This document shows, piece after piece, positions 26,867 through 38,833 of a DNA stretch of 64,000 nt. Made by a program: the position numbers and the translations under genes. The first letter of the stretch is position 1. The number at the start of each line of letters is the position of its first letter. The notes below the pieces were generated by a model. That model was not told the origin of the DNA and searched no databases. It saw nothing but the letters and a program-made list of their open reading frames with translations. Origin of the DNA: Phyllosticta citribraziliensis (taxonomy: Eukaryota); NCBI RefSeq assembly GCF_038025025.1, contig NW_027117342.1, positions 1,550,001-1,614,000 of the forward strand, in the 5' to 3' direction.

Positions 26867-27641
26867 ATGGAATCACCCATCGAGCAACAACCAACCCTGG
26901 ACAACCTCTCCCCTACGCCACCCCCAGGCGACGCGATCCGCGGGGCGACCCTCTTCGCCGCCGCGTGCGCGCACTGCCACAACGTGCAGCGGGGGCAGCC
27001 GCACAAGTTTGGCCCGACGCTCGACGCGGCGTACGGCGCGCGAGCGGGGCGGATACCTGGGAGCAGGCCGAGCGAGGCCATGAGGCGGGTTGGCGATGGC
27101 GGCGTCGTTTGGGGGCGGGACACGTTGGTGAGCCAGTGTTTTTCTTTCCTTTTCCCTTTTTCCTTTTTTCGCCTTGGTGTTTTTCTTGGAGAAAGAATGG
27201 GCGCGGCTGGAAGATGTTGGTCGAAGATGAGCAAGGCAGCTGCGGCGTGTTAACTGGGGTGCTCTATGATCCTGTTGTTTGGTTATTTTCTTCATCTTGA
27301 TTGGCTCTCGATGGCAGCGAAGGGGGGGGGAAAAAAGGAAAGATCGTGCTGATATCGAGGCCGCTGCCGCTATTGCGTCACTGCAGTTCGCATACTTGGC
27401 CGACTGTCGAGGCTACGTCCCCGGATCCAAGAAGCCGTTCAAGGGGGTGGAAAGTGAGAGGGACAGGATTGATATTGTGGCGTGAGTACAACAGGAGTGG
27501 CTGGACTCTCGGCCCCCCAACACCTCCTCCTTCCTCCTCGTGTCTGTCGTGATATGCACCAGGGCTGACCAGTCGAATGTCCTGCTCGTCAGGTTCTTGC
27601 AGGAAAAAGCGTCGTCGTCGTCGACCACCACCACGAAATAA
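26867..27641 (+). CDS. Divergent cytochrome c-like protein (class I fold, CxxCH present, axial Met absent), 3 exons 26867-27127, 27387-27481, 27593-27641
   Basis: Spliced product ...PGDAIRGATLFAAACAHCHNVQRGQPHKFGPTL...VVWGRDTL|FAYLADCRGYVPGSKKPFKGVESERDRIDIVA|FLQEKASSSSTTTTK* aligns end to end with mitochondrial cytochrome c; GTGAG donors, CAG acceptors, TATAA at about 26732. Confidence 0.82.
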
Positions 27642-27779
27642 ATGGATGGGTGATGCGCTGGCAAAATTCAGGAATGCTTCTTGATATTTGCGTGTTTTCC
27701 TTTTGGTTTAATTCCTTTTTCCCTCGCTGCGCTATGCTCGTGTCATACTCCGTGGCTTCGTGTCAACAGTGACAGCTGT

Positions 27780-28322
27780 TCAAGCCGTCACAACATCATA
27801 TCCAACCTTGGCCGCCATGCCCATGAGGCCAAGTTGGAGCAGCGAGGCCCAGAAGCCCAACAGTCTGCCCTTGCCATCCTCCTTGTCCTTGCGCGTGTAT
27901 CCCGTGGCGTACAAGACGCGGCCAACACCCCAAAAAGCGCCCATGATGCTGGATGCGACGGGGAACTTGACGCCAGCCACGAACAGGGCCGTCAGGAACG
28001 ACGCGTGGTTCTCGATGAAGTTGTAGTGCGCCCGCTGCGCGCAGTTGAACAGGTGCATGGCCTGTTGCTTGTTGACGTCGGACTCGGCGCGGATCTGCTC
28101 GTTCGAGGCGTATTGCGCTGGGTACTTGACGCCGGCGGCCTTGCGGAAGGGACCCACGCGGAACGCGTGCCAGGTGCTGAGGAAGAGCGACCCCGTGGCC
28201 GTGAGGAGCACGTAGCTGCGCAGCTGTGGGTAAGAGACAGGTACAGGTGGTGGCTTGGGGGCGACGTCGAGCGATGCTTACCCGTACTCCTTGGGGATGT
28301 CGATTGTCATGAGAGGCGCCAT
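27780..28322 (-). CDS. MAPEG-family microsomal glutathione S-transferase (MGST3-like), 2 exons
   Basis: IPKEYG|YVL; RKAAGVKYP; FNCAQRAHYNFIEN; GRVLYATGY. Confidence 0.92.
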
Positions 28323-28947
28323 TGAGATGGTTCAAGACTGCGAATTGCTGGATGAGTGCTGAGAGAGACGAGCAGTGATATGGCTCTGGGCAATTGGCCT
28401 GTAAATAGTCGTCTCGAGGACGTAGTTCCGCCCGGTTCTCCACGTTTCGAGACTGCTGCCTTCCTCCAAGGCAAGCAGCACGGGCGCGCGCGTTCCCGTC
28501 GTACTCTCCTTACCTGTTCTTGGGGCGACATGTGAGCTGCACGACACTAGTCGCGGACGAAATCCCGCGGGCGGCGGGCCCAATATCCGAGAGCCGAAGA
28601 GCTCAGACGAGACGGTGCGCATGTCTGATGATAGAGAGGATGTTCAAGACACGGCCGTGTGAGCGCGAGACTGGAATGTTTCGCTGCGGCTCAAAGAAGA
28701 TGGTGCATGTGCAGCACGCCATTTGCAATGACAAGACAAGCTTTGCGGCGCGATCTCCCGCTGGCCGCTGTTGGTCCCCTGTCCCACTCGCCGCTGTGTG
28801 GGGACCCCAGAAATCGACCAGGAACAAGTCCAACGACAAAGCATCGTCATTTCAAGGATACGTAGTCTACTTGCAGAAAACGGTCGTCTGCCAACTGTTC
28901 AAACACGTCAAGACATGGCTTCGGTCTGAGATTGTACTCGCTGCGCC

Positions 28948-29928
28948 TCAGGCCTTGCACAACGCTTGGAGCGTCTGCGAAGTGCTTTCCTTGGTCTCCT
29001 TGACCAGCTTGGCCATTTCCTTGAACCTGCTCGAGCGTCAGTGCGGAACCGCTTCAGCATGTCGGCAATCTCATCATACTCGGCGATTCCTGCGTCGCCC
29101 ATGCATTCGTAAAGAAAGCTCTCGCTCGTCGTGACTGTGGCTCCTTCGGCCCTCAGTCTTGCTAGGGCAATCGGGACCTCTTCTTTGTTGCAGCTGGAAA
29201 CGCCATCAGCGAGCACGTAGACCTTGTGACCTTCGCGCAAGAGGTCGAGCGTCGTTTGCAGGACGCAGATGTGAGATTCAATGCCGACTATGACGACTGC
29301 ATGCTTCTGTCCAGAAGAAAAGAAGGTCTTGACTCCGGGGGTCCTGGTGGGTCAGCAGCGACTGGGTCGAAGCAAGGGTTCAGCCCTACCACATGGAGAA
29401 CAGCGTCTTGTCGGCGTGGATCTTTGTTGCAAAGCCGCCTGGAACGTCCAGACGAAGATCTGAGCACGTCTCGCCCAGGCGCGCGCGATTCTGCGTGGTG
29501 GCAAAGACGGGGATGTCGAGAATCTGGCCTGCAGTCATTTGGTCACTACTGGGGAATGCAGAGGGCGTCTCAGGGCAGTGCCGGAGGGAGATGGGATCAG
29601 GGTGAATGGACCATGAGCCACGTTCCACCAGGAGAAACGAGCGAACAGGGACGATTTACTAGCTCTCAGCATCTTTTGGGCGGTAGCGATGACCCTGGGA
29701 AACTCATGGATGGCAGGGCGGAATTTTTCCTGCAAGTCGCAGATGCTGACATGGCGGGCGAGAGTCAGTGGTGGGGAAGCATGGCATAGCCATGGCATAG
29801 CCATGGAATTCGACATACAACAAGGCCGTGTTTCCTAATTGATGTGGGGACCGGTGTCAGCGCATCGAGTCGACGGGTGGCAGGCAGACTAGGGACTCAC
29901 TCAAAGTGCGGAGCGGAGTGGCAGCCAT
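28948..29928 (-). CDS. Isochorismatase-family cysteine hydrolase (ISOC2/YcaC-like), multi-exon including a 16-nt microexon
   Basis: [70 protein letters not shown]. Confidence 0.88.
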
Positions 29929-30993
29929 GGTGAGGTAGGCAATGTAAGGTACGGTTGTAATGTGGTGTAAGGTAGAGTAGAGGTGTCGACCAGGAAGGCT
30001 AGCCGTTGGGCGGTCGCTGCCGTCCAGTCCAGCGCTCCATCCGATCCGGATCCCAGAATAGCTTCACGTGTGGACAGGAGCATGAAACACATGATGCATT
30101 ATTATTCACGGACAGCCTGGGTCTAAGTCCAGCTCCAAGTCCAGGTCCAGGCCCGGGGGCATGGTTGCTTTCTCGTCGAGGCTTCATGTCAAGTTCCGTC
30201 CCCTTCAGCTGCTTTGTGGCACCGACGCCCATGAATGCTTCCTTTGAGGGAGGGCTTCCGTTCTGCCGTGTGCGTGGGTGGCCAGCGTCGGCTTTCTTCT
30301 CCCTCAGGTCAGCGTCAGGTCGGCCTCCCGTCTGCCACTGGACGGACGGACAATCATCGCAGACCCTTGATTGTCCCCTTCTGGACGGTCAGGCTTTCTG
30401 CGTCCTTTCCAGCCGTCACTCGCTGCTCCCGTAATTCCGGCTTGCTCTGCACTGACTGCCCGCGACTTAGCGAGCGCTGCGCAACTTGTGTGCATTACGA
30501 CTATCAAACCCATCCCTCACCACCCTCTGCCCGCACACCTCCCGGTCCCCCTCTCCCCCGTACCGCACCGCACCGTACCGCACCGCACCGTAGCCTGCTT
30601 GCCACTCTCTAAGCCTCGACTTGTCCACTGCTGTCCTCTTTCTCCTCAGCCTCCTCCCGCTCCAACTCCTCCATCCGAACGACTTGTGCGCACGCTGCCT
30701 GTCCTCGTTTCAGCCGCCGTGTGCTGCCACCATCGTCTGTACGCTCCTCCGCCCACTCAGCAGGGGCAAGCGGCTCCAGAGCGTCTCCACGGCCTGCCGT
30801 CCTCCATCCACACCCCTTCACTCGCTCCGCACACCATCGCGCGCCTCTGACAATTCCGCACCCTCTGCCGTGGCCCGACTCTTCTCCGCCTCGCGACCGG
30901 TACGCAATTCCTTCGCTGTCGTCGTCGACCTGCCCTCGCCCTCCTCCCCACCGCTCCTCCACCTCCTCGCGATCCGTCGACCGACCTGCGTTT

Positions 30994-33900
30994 ATGGGCG
31001 AATACACCGATACTGAAGCACACCCAGGCCATCTCTACCGCATCTTGGATACCCGAGACCGTCTCTTCACGCGCCGGGTAAACTCAGGTCATTCCCTGCC
31101 GCTGGACCAACTCACTTCGGCACCGCATCCGCACCTCGTCTCGCCCTCCGCGCAGGCACATTTGCTGGACTGCCACACCCTGCTCCACTCTGTCCACGCC
31201 AGCGACCGCTTCTCCACTCCTCTCCGCTCGCTCCCTCCACCCGCCATCACCGTGTCTCAAGAACAGCTTCCCGGGCCGTCGGCTTCGGGGCCTCCGCACA
31301 ATACCAACAAAGCCCACGCAAAATCAACCAGGTCGCCACAACAACTCGATGGGAATAACGTTGCGGCGGAGCGTGCTACGAGCGGTTCATCGCAGGTGAC
31401 GTCAGACCCTGCAACCAACATGTCGAGTAGGGGTATCGAAGGAGTCAAGTCGACCCTTCCCCCTCGCCCGCCAATGACTTCGCACCACTCCAACTCTGTC
31501 CCTTCGACACCCCACCAACATGCGCGCGACCTCGCCTTCCGCTCAAGAACTCCCTCGCCAAATGGCGTCCTCGGAAACCATTCGCCCAGGTCCGTTTCGA
31601 GCGAGGCCAATGGCCCTTTGCCATCGCTGCGAAAACAGCCCTACAAGTGCAAGTACGAGACGGGAATCGCCTTTGGTCGCCGCCGCATACCGTACGAAAA
31701 CTCGGACATGCTCGAAAAGGCTGCCGTGCCGCCCAAGGCTTCCCTCAACCCTGACGAGAATGAGAAACTCAGTGGCGACATGAGGGAACTGTACGACCGA
31801 TTATTGCCTTCCGGTGAAAGCCAAGATAGACGGCGGAGGCTTGTGGAAAAGCTCGGCCGTATACTGCATAGCGAGTGGCCAGGAAACGAGTTCAAGGTTC
31901 ATGTCTTTGGCTCCTCTGGTAACCTGCTATGTACCACCGAGTCTGACGGTACGTGTTCCAGGTCTGGCGACCGAAACATGAAGGTGGCTGACCACTGTTC
32001 GCAGTTGATATTTGCATTCAAACCCCAATGAAGAAGCTGGAAAGTGTACATATGTTGGCGGAGGCGCTAGCAAAACGTAGGTGGAAGCCCTTTTCCTTGT
32101 CCAATCCGCCCCGCTGATCAAGGCTCAGACGGTATGAGCAAGGTGGTATGCGTCGCATCCGCAAAGGTCCCCATAGTCAAGGTTTGGGATCCAGAGCTCG
32201 AGCTGGCTTGTGATATGAACGTCAACAATACCCTCGCGCTGGAAAACACTCGCATGATCAAGACTTACGTCCAAATCGACGATCGCGTCCGTCCGCTCAC
32301 GATGATTGTCAAGCACTGGACCAAGCGGCGAATATTGAATGATGCTGGTACGTCCTCCGCAAACACTCTACTGGCATAAGCTTACGTCCGCGTAGCTCTG
32401 GGTGGAACACTCAGCTCATACACGTGGATCTGTATGGTGTTGAATTTTCTCCAAACGAGAAATCCACCAATCCTACCATCGCTGCATCAGATGCCTTTTG
32501 AGAAGCACCCGACAGAAACTGGCGAGGAGTCTGGGTTCTTCGATGATCTGGACCAAGTCCGCGGCTTTGGAGACGCCAATAAGGAGACCTTGGGCCAACT
32601 TTTGTTTCACTTTTTTCGTCTGTACGGACACGAATTCGAGTATGAGGATGATGTCATCTCTGTCCGGCAAGGGCGGGTCCTGACCAGACGAGAAAAAGGC
32701 TGGGATCTTACCGGGGGGACGAAAGAGGGCCGCTACCGATTGTGTGTTGAGGAGCCGTTTAACACTTCCCGGAACCTTGGAAACTCGGCTGACGATTACG
32801 CCTTCCGTGGCATCCACTTGGAAATCCGCCAGGCCTTTGATTATCTCGCAGAAGGTGGGCAGCTGAACAAAGCTTGCGAGCAGTATGTGTATCCGAAAGA
32901 AGAGAGGACAATATTCCAAAAGCCCCCAGCAGCTCCCAAACCCACCTTGACCCACAGCACCTCACCCTCAAGGCGACCCGGACGCAACGGCGGCGGTGGA
33001 CGCGGTGGAAGGCATCATTACAACCAACGAAATGGCCAAGGTGATCGGAGAGCGTCAGGAGCGCCACCCTACACCAATGGTTTTCCCTTCCTTAGCCCTC
33101 CGTTGACTGGAGCCGCGCCGGATTATTTTGCTGCAACGACAGGGGCATCGTTGCACGAGCAGCTCTACAAGCAGTACCAGATGCTGGAAATGCAGCAGCA
33201 CAACTTGAAGGCTCAGCTCTTTGCGCAAGCCCAAGCCCGAGCTGCACACGCTCACGCTCTGGCTCAAGCGCAGGCTCAGGCCAGAAACGGCTCGAGCCAC
33301 GGATCTCCGCCAAAAACGCAGTACGCGACGATTCACGGTTCGCGGGATCCCAATGATCCACCTGCAACGGCGCCCATCATGCCACCTGGGTACATTTACG
33401 CATATCCTCCCTACGACCATGCCCAACAGATGGCCCAGACAAACTCTCAGGATGGCGTCCGAACAAATCCGTCCTCGCCTTCGCTTCCATTGAGTGTTCC
33501 GAACGTGCGACGTGGAGTGCATCGCGCATCAGTTGCAGAGAGCTCTGCAAACAGCGCCGTAAGATCTCACTCGCAGCCAGCAAGACCGGATCAAAATGGT
33601 GGTTTCTTGATACCAAACTACCCACAAATTCCAGGATACCCGCCTCACATCATGGCCTACCCGATTGCACGCTCTTCGCAGGACCCTCAACATCCTCAGC
33701 CGCAACCCGTGGACGTCCCAGCCCAGGCACAGAGCTTCGGTGTCGTTCGCGAACCGGCCCAGAATGGCTCCCCCAAGGAATACCTCGGCTACTTCATGAG
33801 CGAGTCTCCGCAATTTCGCTCACACCCGCTCCAGGACTATTCCGTTCCGCAGATACCGTCATTCCAGGAATTAGTCCAGCGTCGGAAAAGATTATCACAA

Positions 33901-34929
33901 GATTCTGAAGCCTCGCGGCCACCGATCTCGCTGCAAGTGTCCCGATCACCCTCTCCTCCGCGCGAGAGAAATCACTCCAGAAGTACTTCAGCCGGCCTGC
34001 GATCTGCGACGGCGACGTCCGGGCCACTGCCTCCATCTGAGAAGCCTGCCACGGTGCAGCTTCCTCCGGCCGACTCAGGACCTGTAATAGTGAATGGCTC
34101 ATATCGTGCATCCCAGGGGAAAGAAAACAAAGGTCCTGCGAATGGCACCGACTCAGGTGCAATCACGGACAGGGACTCGTTATCGTCAACAAACGGAGTC
34201 TCGCAGCATCCGGATGAACCGTTTCAAATGGAAATGCCGATGCCAGAACAACAGTTCCAGCTCTACGCAAATGAGGTTCTGAGGCGTCACTTTTCCCGCG
34301 AAAACGATGGATCGAATGGTGATTTGTCTTACAACACCCCTCGAGGTGCGGTTGGAGGTTATACCTCTGCAGGTCCCGCCGTGCCATCGGCTTATCCAAC
34401 AACGAATGGAGATGGTGGCCACCACTCCCCTGGCAACGTGTCGCCAAAAGGTCAATACAGCGCTACCCCACCGTGGCGCGTTAAACACAACACCAACGGC
34501 GTCTCGCAAATGGATCCATTCGCCCTTGCTCCTCACGTAGTCCAACAGTCGGCTCTGCCGATGCTTTCGCCAGTTCAAGAAACGCGGACGCCTTCGCCAA
34601 CAGCCAGCCGTACTGTGACAGCTACACACGCATCAAACGGTCTTCCTGTAGGTGGGGAATATGTAGCCACCAACGCTGAGAAACCTCACCCAAATTCGCG
34701 CACAAGTCCTCCGGTCGCGCATGTACCCAAGCAAGGGCAACATCCAAAAAAGGACAATCCTACCTGGAATGACAAGGGATCACACAAAGCCACATCTGGA
34801 ACAAACTCCTCAGGCTGGCAAAGGAGTGGTGGTGGCAAGAAGGGAGGACGCAGGCGTGCCAAATCGAATGCCAGCAAGTCTGGCGGAGAACCTCCCCCTG
34901 CCAACGAAGCCGAGCGAAAGGGTGGCTAA
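30994..34929 (+). CDS. Cid1-family non-canonical poly(A)/terminal nucleotidyltransferase (Cid13/CutA-like; PAP/25A-associated domain) with long low-complexity C-terminus; start codon uncertain
   Basis: FGSSGNLL...SD(V)DIC; AKVPIVK; LACDMNVNN; GGTLSSYTW; LCVEEPFNTSRNLGN. Confidence 0.88.
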
Positions 34930-36327
34930 ATCCATTTGGGTTGGAAAACTCTGGTACTTCAAGCAGCCCGGTCGACCCGGGATCAAAGGCCTGGCCCATG
35001 CGAAAACGATAATGTTGGCAGTCATCTGGATTGTCCATGCCGCACACTTGGAGCTTGTGAAGATTAGGTGCTGATGGCCGATCGTGCACATGCAGGGACC
35101 TTGGATCAATACAGATTCGTCTCCTCACCACAGGAAAATTGCCACAAAAGTCTGGACGGCGCTCCCATTCCCAGGTACTGTTCGTGTCTGGAAGATCCTG
35201 CCGGTTGCAGGTGAGGCGAGGGGTTACGTCAGCTTGATGGCGCACAGAGGCGTAGAGCCTGCGTCGTGGCCTTGGAAAATAACAAAGAAAAAGCCGAAAA
35301 GCGACAAAAAATGTGTGGAAAGCATTGGCGTGCATGATGGGCATTTAACGGTCGTAAAAAAGGGCAAAACGACTGTTTCTTCAAAAAAATGGGAAAGAGG
35401 AAACCCATAAAGCATTAGAGGCCGACGAGAAATCTAAAAAAGTTTTACAAAAGCACAGCACACGGCATGGAGGACGCATGGCACAAATTTTGAGACGCTC
35501 TACGATGGGGTTCATGATCACAACGGCGGAAACACGTAAGAGCTCCGTCGTCAGGACCCCCGCCGGTTTGCGCAGCTTGACGGACGAATGGATGGTGATG
35601 GTACTGACGGGTGGAACACCTTTCCCTTCAAAGCGCGACTATATCCGGCTCCTGGACGGATTTGGGCTCACCGTCCTCTTGTACAATCTGGAAATCAACA
35701 CTTTGCTGACGACCATGATACGAATGAGATTGAGATACCAATTCGTTTTCCTTTCTTCGTTTCTTTCGTTTCCTTTCTTTTTCATCTTTTTCGTTCCAGT
35801 TGGTCGTCTCTGAAGTCTTCTGAGCTTTGCGAGCACCATGCATCAAGGCATACGTATGTTAGAATCATCAGCACATTGCAGGGCGCGTTAGGGTTTACGG
35901 TTTGAACGGATTGAATGGAATGCGGTACATCTCCAGTGGCTGAAGAGGGGTGCGTCGCTCGTCGTGGATGACGACGGGTCAGCCGAGGAGATGGATGCAC
36001 ATTTGTACAAAAGCGCGAGGAGGATGGGTTTCCGCTGTTGTGGCTATTGCGGGCCGGGCTGGACAGCCTCCTGACATCGTACTGCGGCACACCTCGCCTC
36101 GTCCCGCGAGCAACAAACGGCATCGCCGCTTGTTCAATTGGACGGATGGACGGCGCAGGACTGACACGCGCCTGCCTACCTACCTCTTCTCTTCATTCTA
36201 TGGGTCAATACAGTACAGACAAAGACGCAAAAGCGCACATGATGGCGTGGACGCGACGAATTGGTTTACTATGGGTTGTTGCTGCTTCTTTCATTTCTTT
36301 GCGTCACTACGGCTTTCAATTTGCGTA

Positions 36328-36361
36328 GCAGCGGCAGCGGCAGCGGCAGCGGCAGCGGCAG
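36328..36361. repeat. (GCAGCG)5+ hexanucleotide microsatellite in intergenic DNA
   Basis: Directly visible. Confidence 0.9.
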
Positions 36362-37584
36362 AATTTTGATTGGGTGGGCCTTTGTTGTTGTGTCTTCCCC
36401 TTTTTTTCGTCTTGCGTATGAACTTTGCGTTGCCATTACTAGCCCCAGCAGGTTTGTATCGTTGCCTTTGCTTTGACAGTTTTCCGGGGCTCTTTTTGTT
36501 GCGTGCTTTTCCTCTTCTCTTGTCAACGTGAAGCTGCGCGGTTTGACTTCTCTGCCGAATCATTGTTCCCAGCAGATATGCCTGTTTCCATCAAAAAGAC
36601 TGTTTGCGCGCTGTACTGTACTGTCTGCCAGCGGAGGCGCAAGCGAATCAGCACGCAAACAAGCACACGAAGACGATGACACGAAGGCATGCGTACGCGT
36701 ATGCTAGAGCCACGACCATGGAGCATTCATCATTGTCATCTTGAGAGAAAGATCAGGCTCCTGTTGTTTCATCTTTGCCGTACGTTGATGTAGATCGGGT
36801 TTGACACTCTGCCTCTCTTGCGTTACGCTCTTCTTTTGGTGGGCGGACTGACTGTCGGGCTGCGGGGTGGGCTGTGGAAGCAGCTGTATTGGCGATTGGA
36901 AGGCGACATCCATTGTGCGTCTCTCTCCAGGAAGGGTCTTGTAGTGGGCACGCTGGCAATGTAGTTGGCCAGGGGGAAAGGACAAGGAGAAAAGTTGGGT
37001 GTGACGATGATTGTCGTTACTATGTGCTTTAGAGATCTGCTAGGTCTACGCAAGTGATACTTGCCCAGTCAATGCATGATCATTAAAAGAAGGTGGTAAA
37101 CAAGAGCAAGGCGCGGAGTGCCAATGAAAGCGTGTAAGCGAGTCGATTGTGCTGCACTGAGGCTTGATGACTTCTAGAATCCGGGCAGTGACATGGCTTG
37201 CTCCTTTCCCCCTAACCATTTGCAGTCGCTTTATTATAACTCCGGAAACGTTGGGTCACACGCTGAGTCCCTGTGATCCCTCGACTGTCCATGTTTTTTG
37301 ACCAGTCGTTTTTCATGCTCTTCTCGGAAGGACTACCGGTAGCGCTGCCACCCAACGCTAAACCCCTAGCCACACCAACCGGCGCCACACGCCACAATGA
37401 CGTCTCATTCCCCGGCTTCTTCTCCAAACCGCCCCCGCAACCAATTTTTCACTGAACGCATTCCGGAGTTTCCTTCTATGCCTTCCTCCTGATTCGGCTC
37501 AACCCTGTGACTGTGGCTGCCGTGGAATCGGCAATTGTCTTCAGTACAGAATATATAGTGTGCTTGCATTTGTAGAATTTTCAA

Positions 37585-37669
37585 GGTTCTATAGTGTAGT
37601 GGCTAGCACATGGGATTCTGAGATCTTCAGAGTATTCCCATAACCCCGGTTCGATCCCGGGTAGGACCT
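37585..37669 (+). tRNA. tRNA-Gln(CTG) with a 13-nt intron (37622-37634)
   Basis: Acceptor stem GGTTCTA/TAGGACC, D-arm GTGTAGTGGCTAGCAC, anticodon stem TGGGA/TCCCA around TT-CTG-A, T-loop GGTTCGATCC, and a downstream T run as Pol III terminator. Confidence 0.93.
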
Positions 37670-38833
37670 TTTGCCTGCTGTTTTGCTTTTTGGTGGGCTG
37701 GTGAGCGTTTTGTAGGTAGGATGGGCGTCAATGGTCACTTCCCCATCACTTGATCACTATTCGAAAATGAATTGGAAAGCTATGGAGCGTGGGAAGCGCC
37801 GCGGATGTGCATATGGATTGGCGGACCGAAAAGAGATCTCTATCTGAAATCGAACCTCATGACGAGGCGACTTGCTAGGAGTAATTCGATAAGCTGGGTT
37901 GTTGGCGTCACTGGCTGCGTAGACTCTGTGTCTTGGCTTGTCCGGACCAGATGATCAAAGAGCTTCGAGAACAAAGAAATCCAAAAGCCTCCAGGGTAGG
38001 GACGCGAGGATGACTTTGGGCTCATGATCATTGAATTTGTACGGTGGTCGGACCGGAACGAGTGGAACAGGTAAGCCTTTTGTTTACAGGATTCAAACCT
38101 TCTCTTTTGCGTTTGCCTGACACACTTTGGCGCGCAAACGTAGCACTATGGTGGGCGGGACAGACATGCCTAGGGCGGGACGGAGCGGAGCGGAGCGTAG
38201 CGGAACAACATCCGTGCGCAAACGACCATCGGCAATGCTCCCCCGCTCGCGTCGCGCCCTCTCAGCCGCGTGGCTCCGACGGTCAACAACTGAATGGCGG
38301 TGGCCCCATGGGTCACTCCACGCCATGTGGCTCTGCTAGTCTCTCAACGTCTTCCCAACGAATCGCTACCAGACTATCCGCAAGGTAAGCTATGAGCCGA
38401 GCGCCGGCAGCAGCTACGCAAGACAAGCCACTGACCAAGCGTAGAACCACACAGTGGACCGAGTCGTATTCGAGCCGAGAGACGCGCCTCGACTTACCCA
38501 GGCGCGACCCAAGCAGCACAGCATGTTGAAGGATGCTGGATGCAGGCTGGTGCAGCGGATCAATACTCAAAGTAATGACCCAAGACGCAAAGCGAGCAAT
38601 GCCCTCGCAGGAAAATCGGAATATTGCAGGCACGAGTGTTTGGTCTTCCACGTCTACAGGGATCACGAAAACAGCATCGTTTCTGATGCACCTGATGAGC
38701 GACCGACATCGGATTATCTATTACATCTACAGCCGTCATGCGGCTTCGCCGTTCTTTCACTTTTTTCGTTCTGTCGTGATCCATCTAGACAAAAGGTCAA
38801 CCTTGGACGCCAAACTCCTTGCTAAGCAAACAC

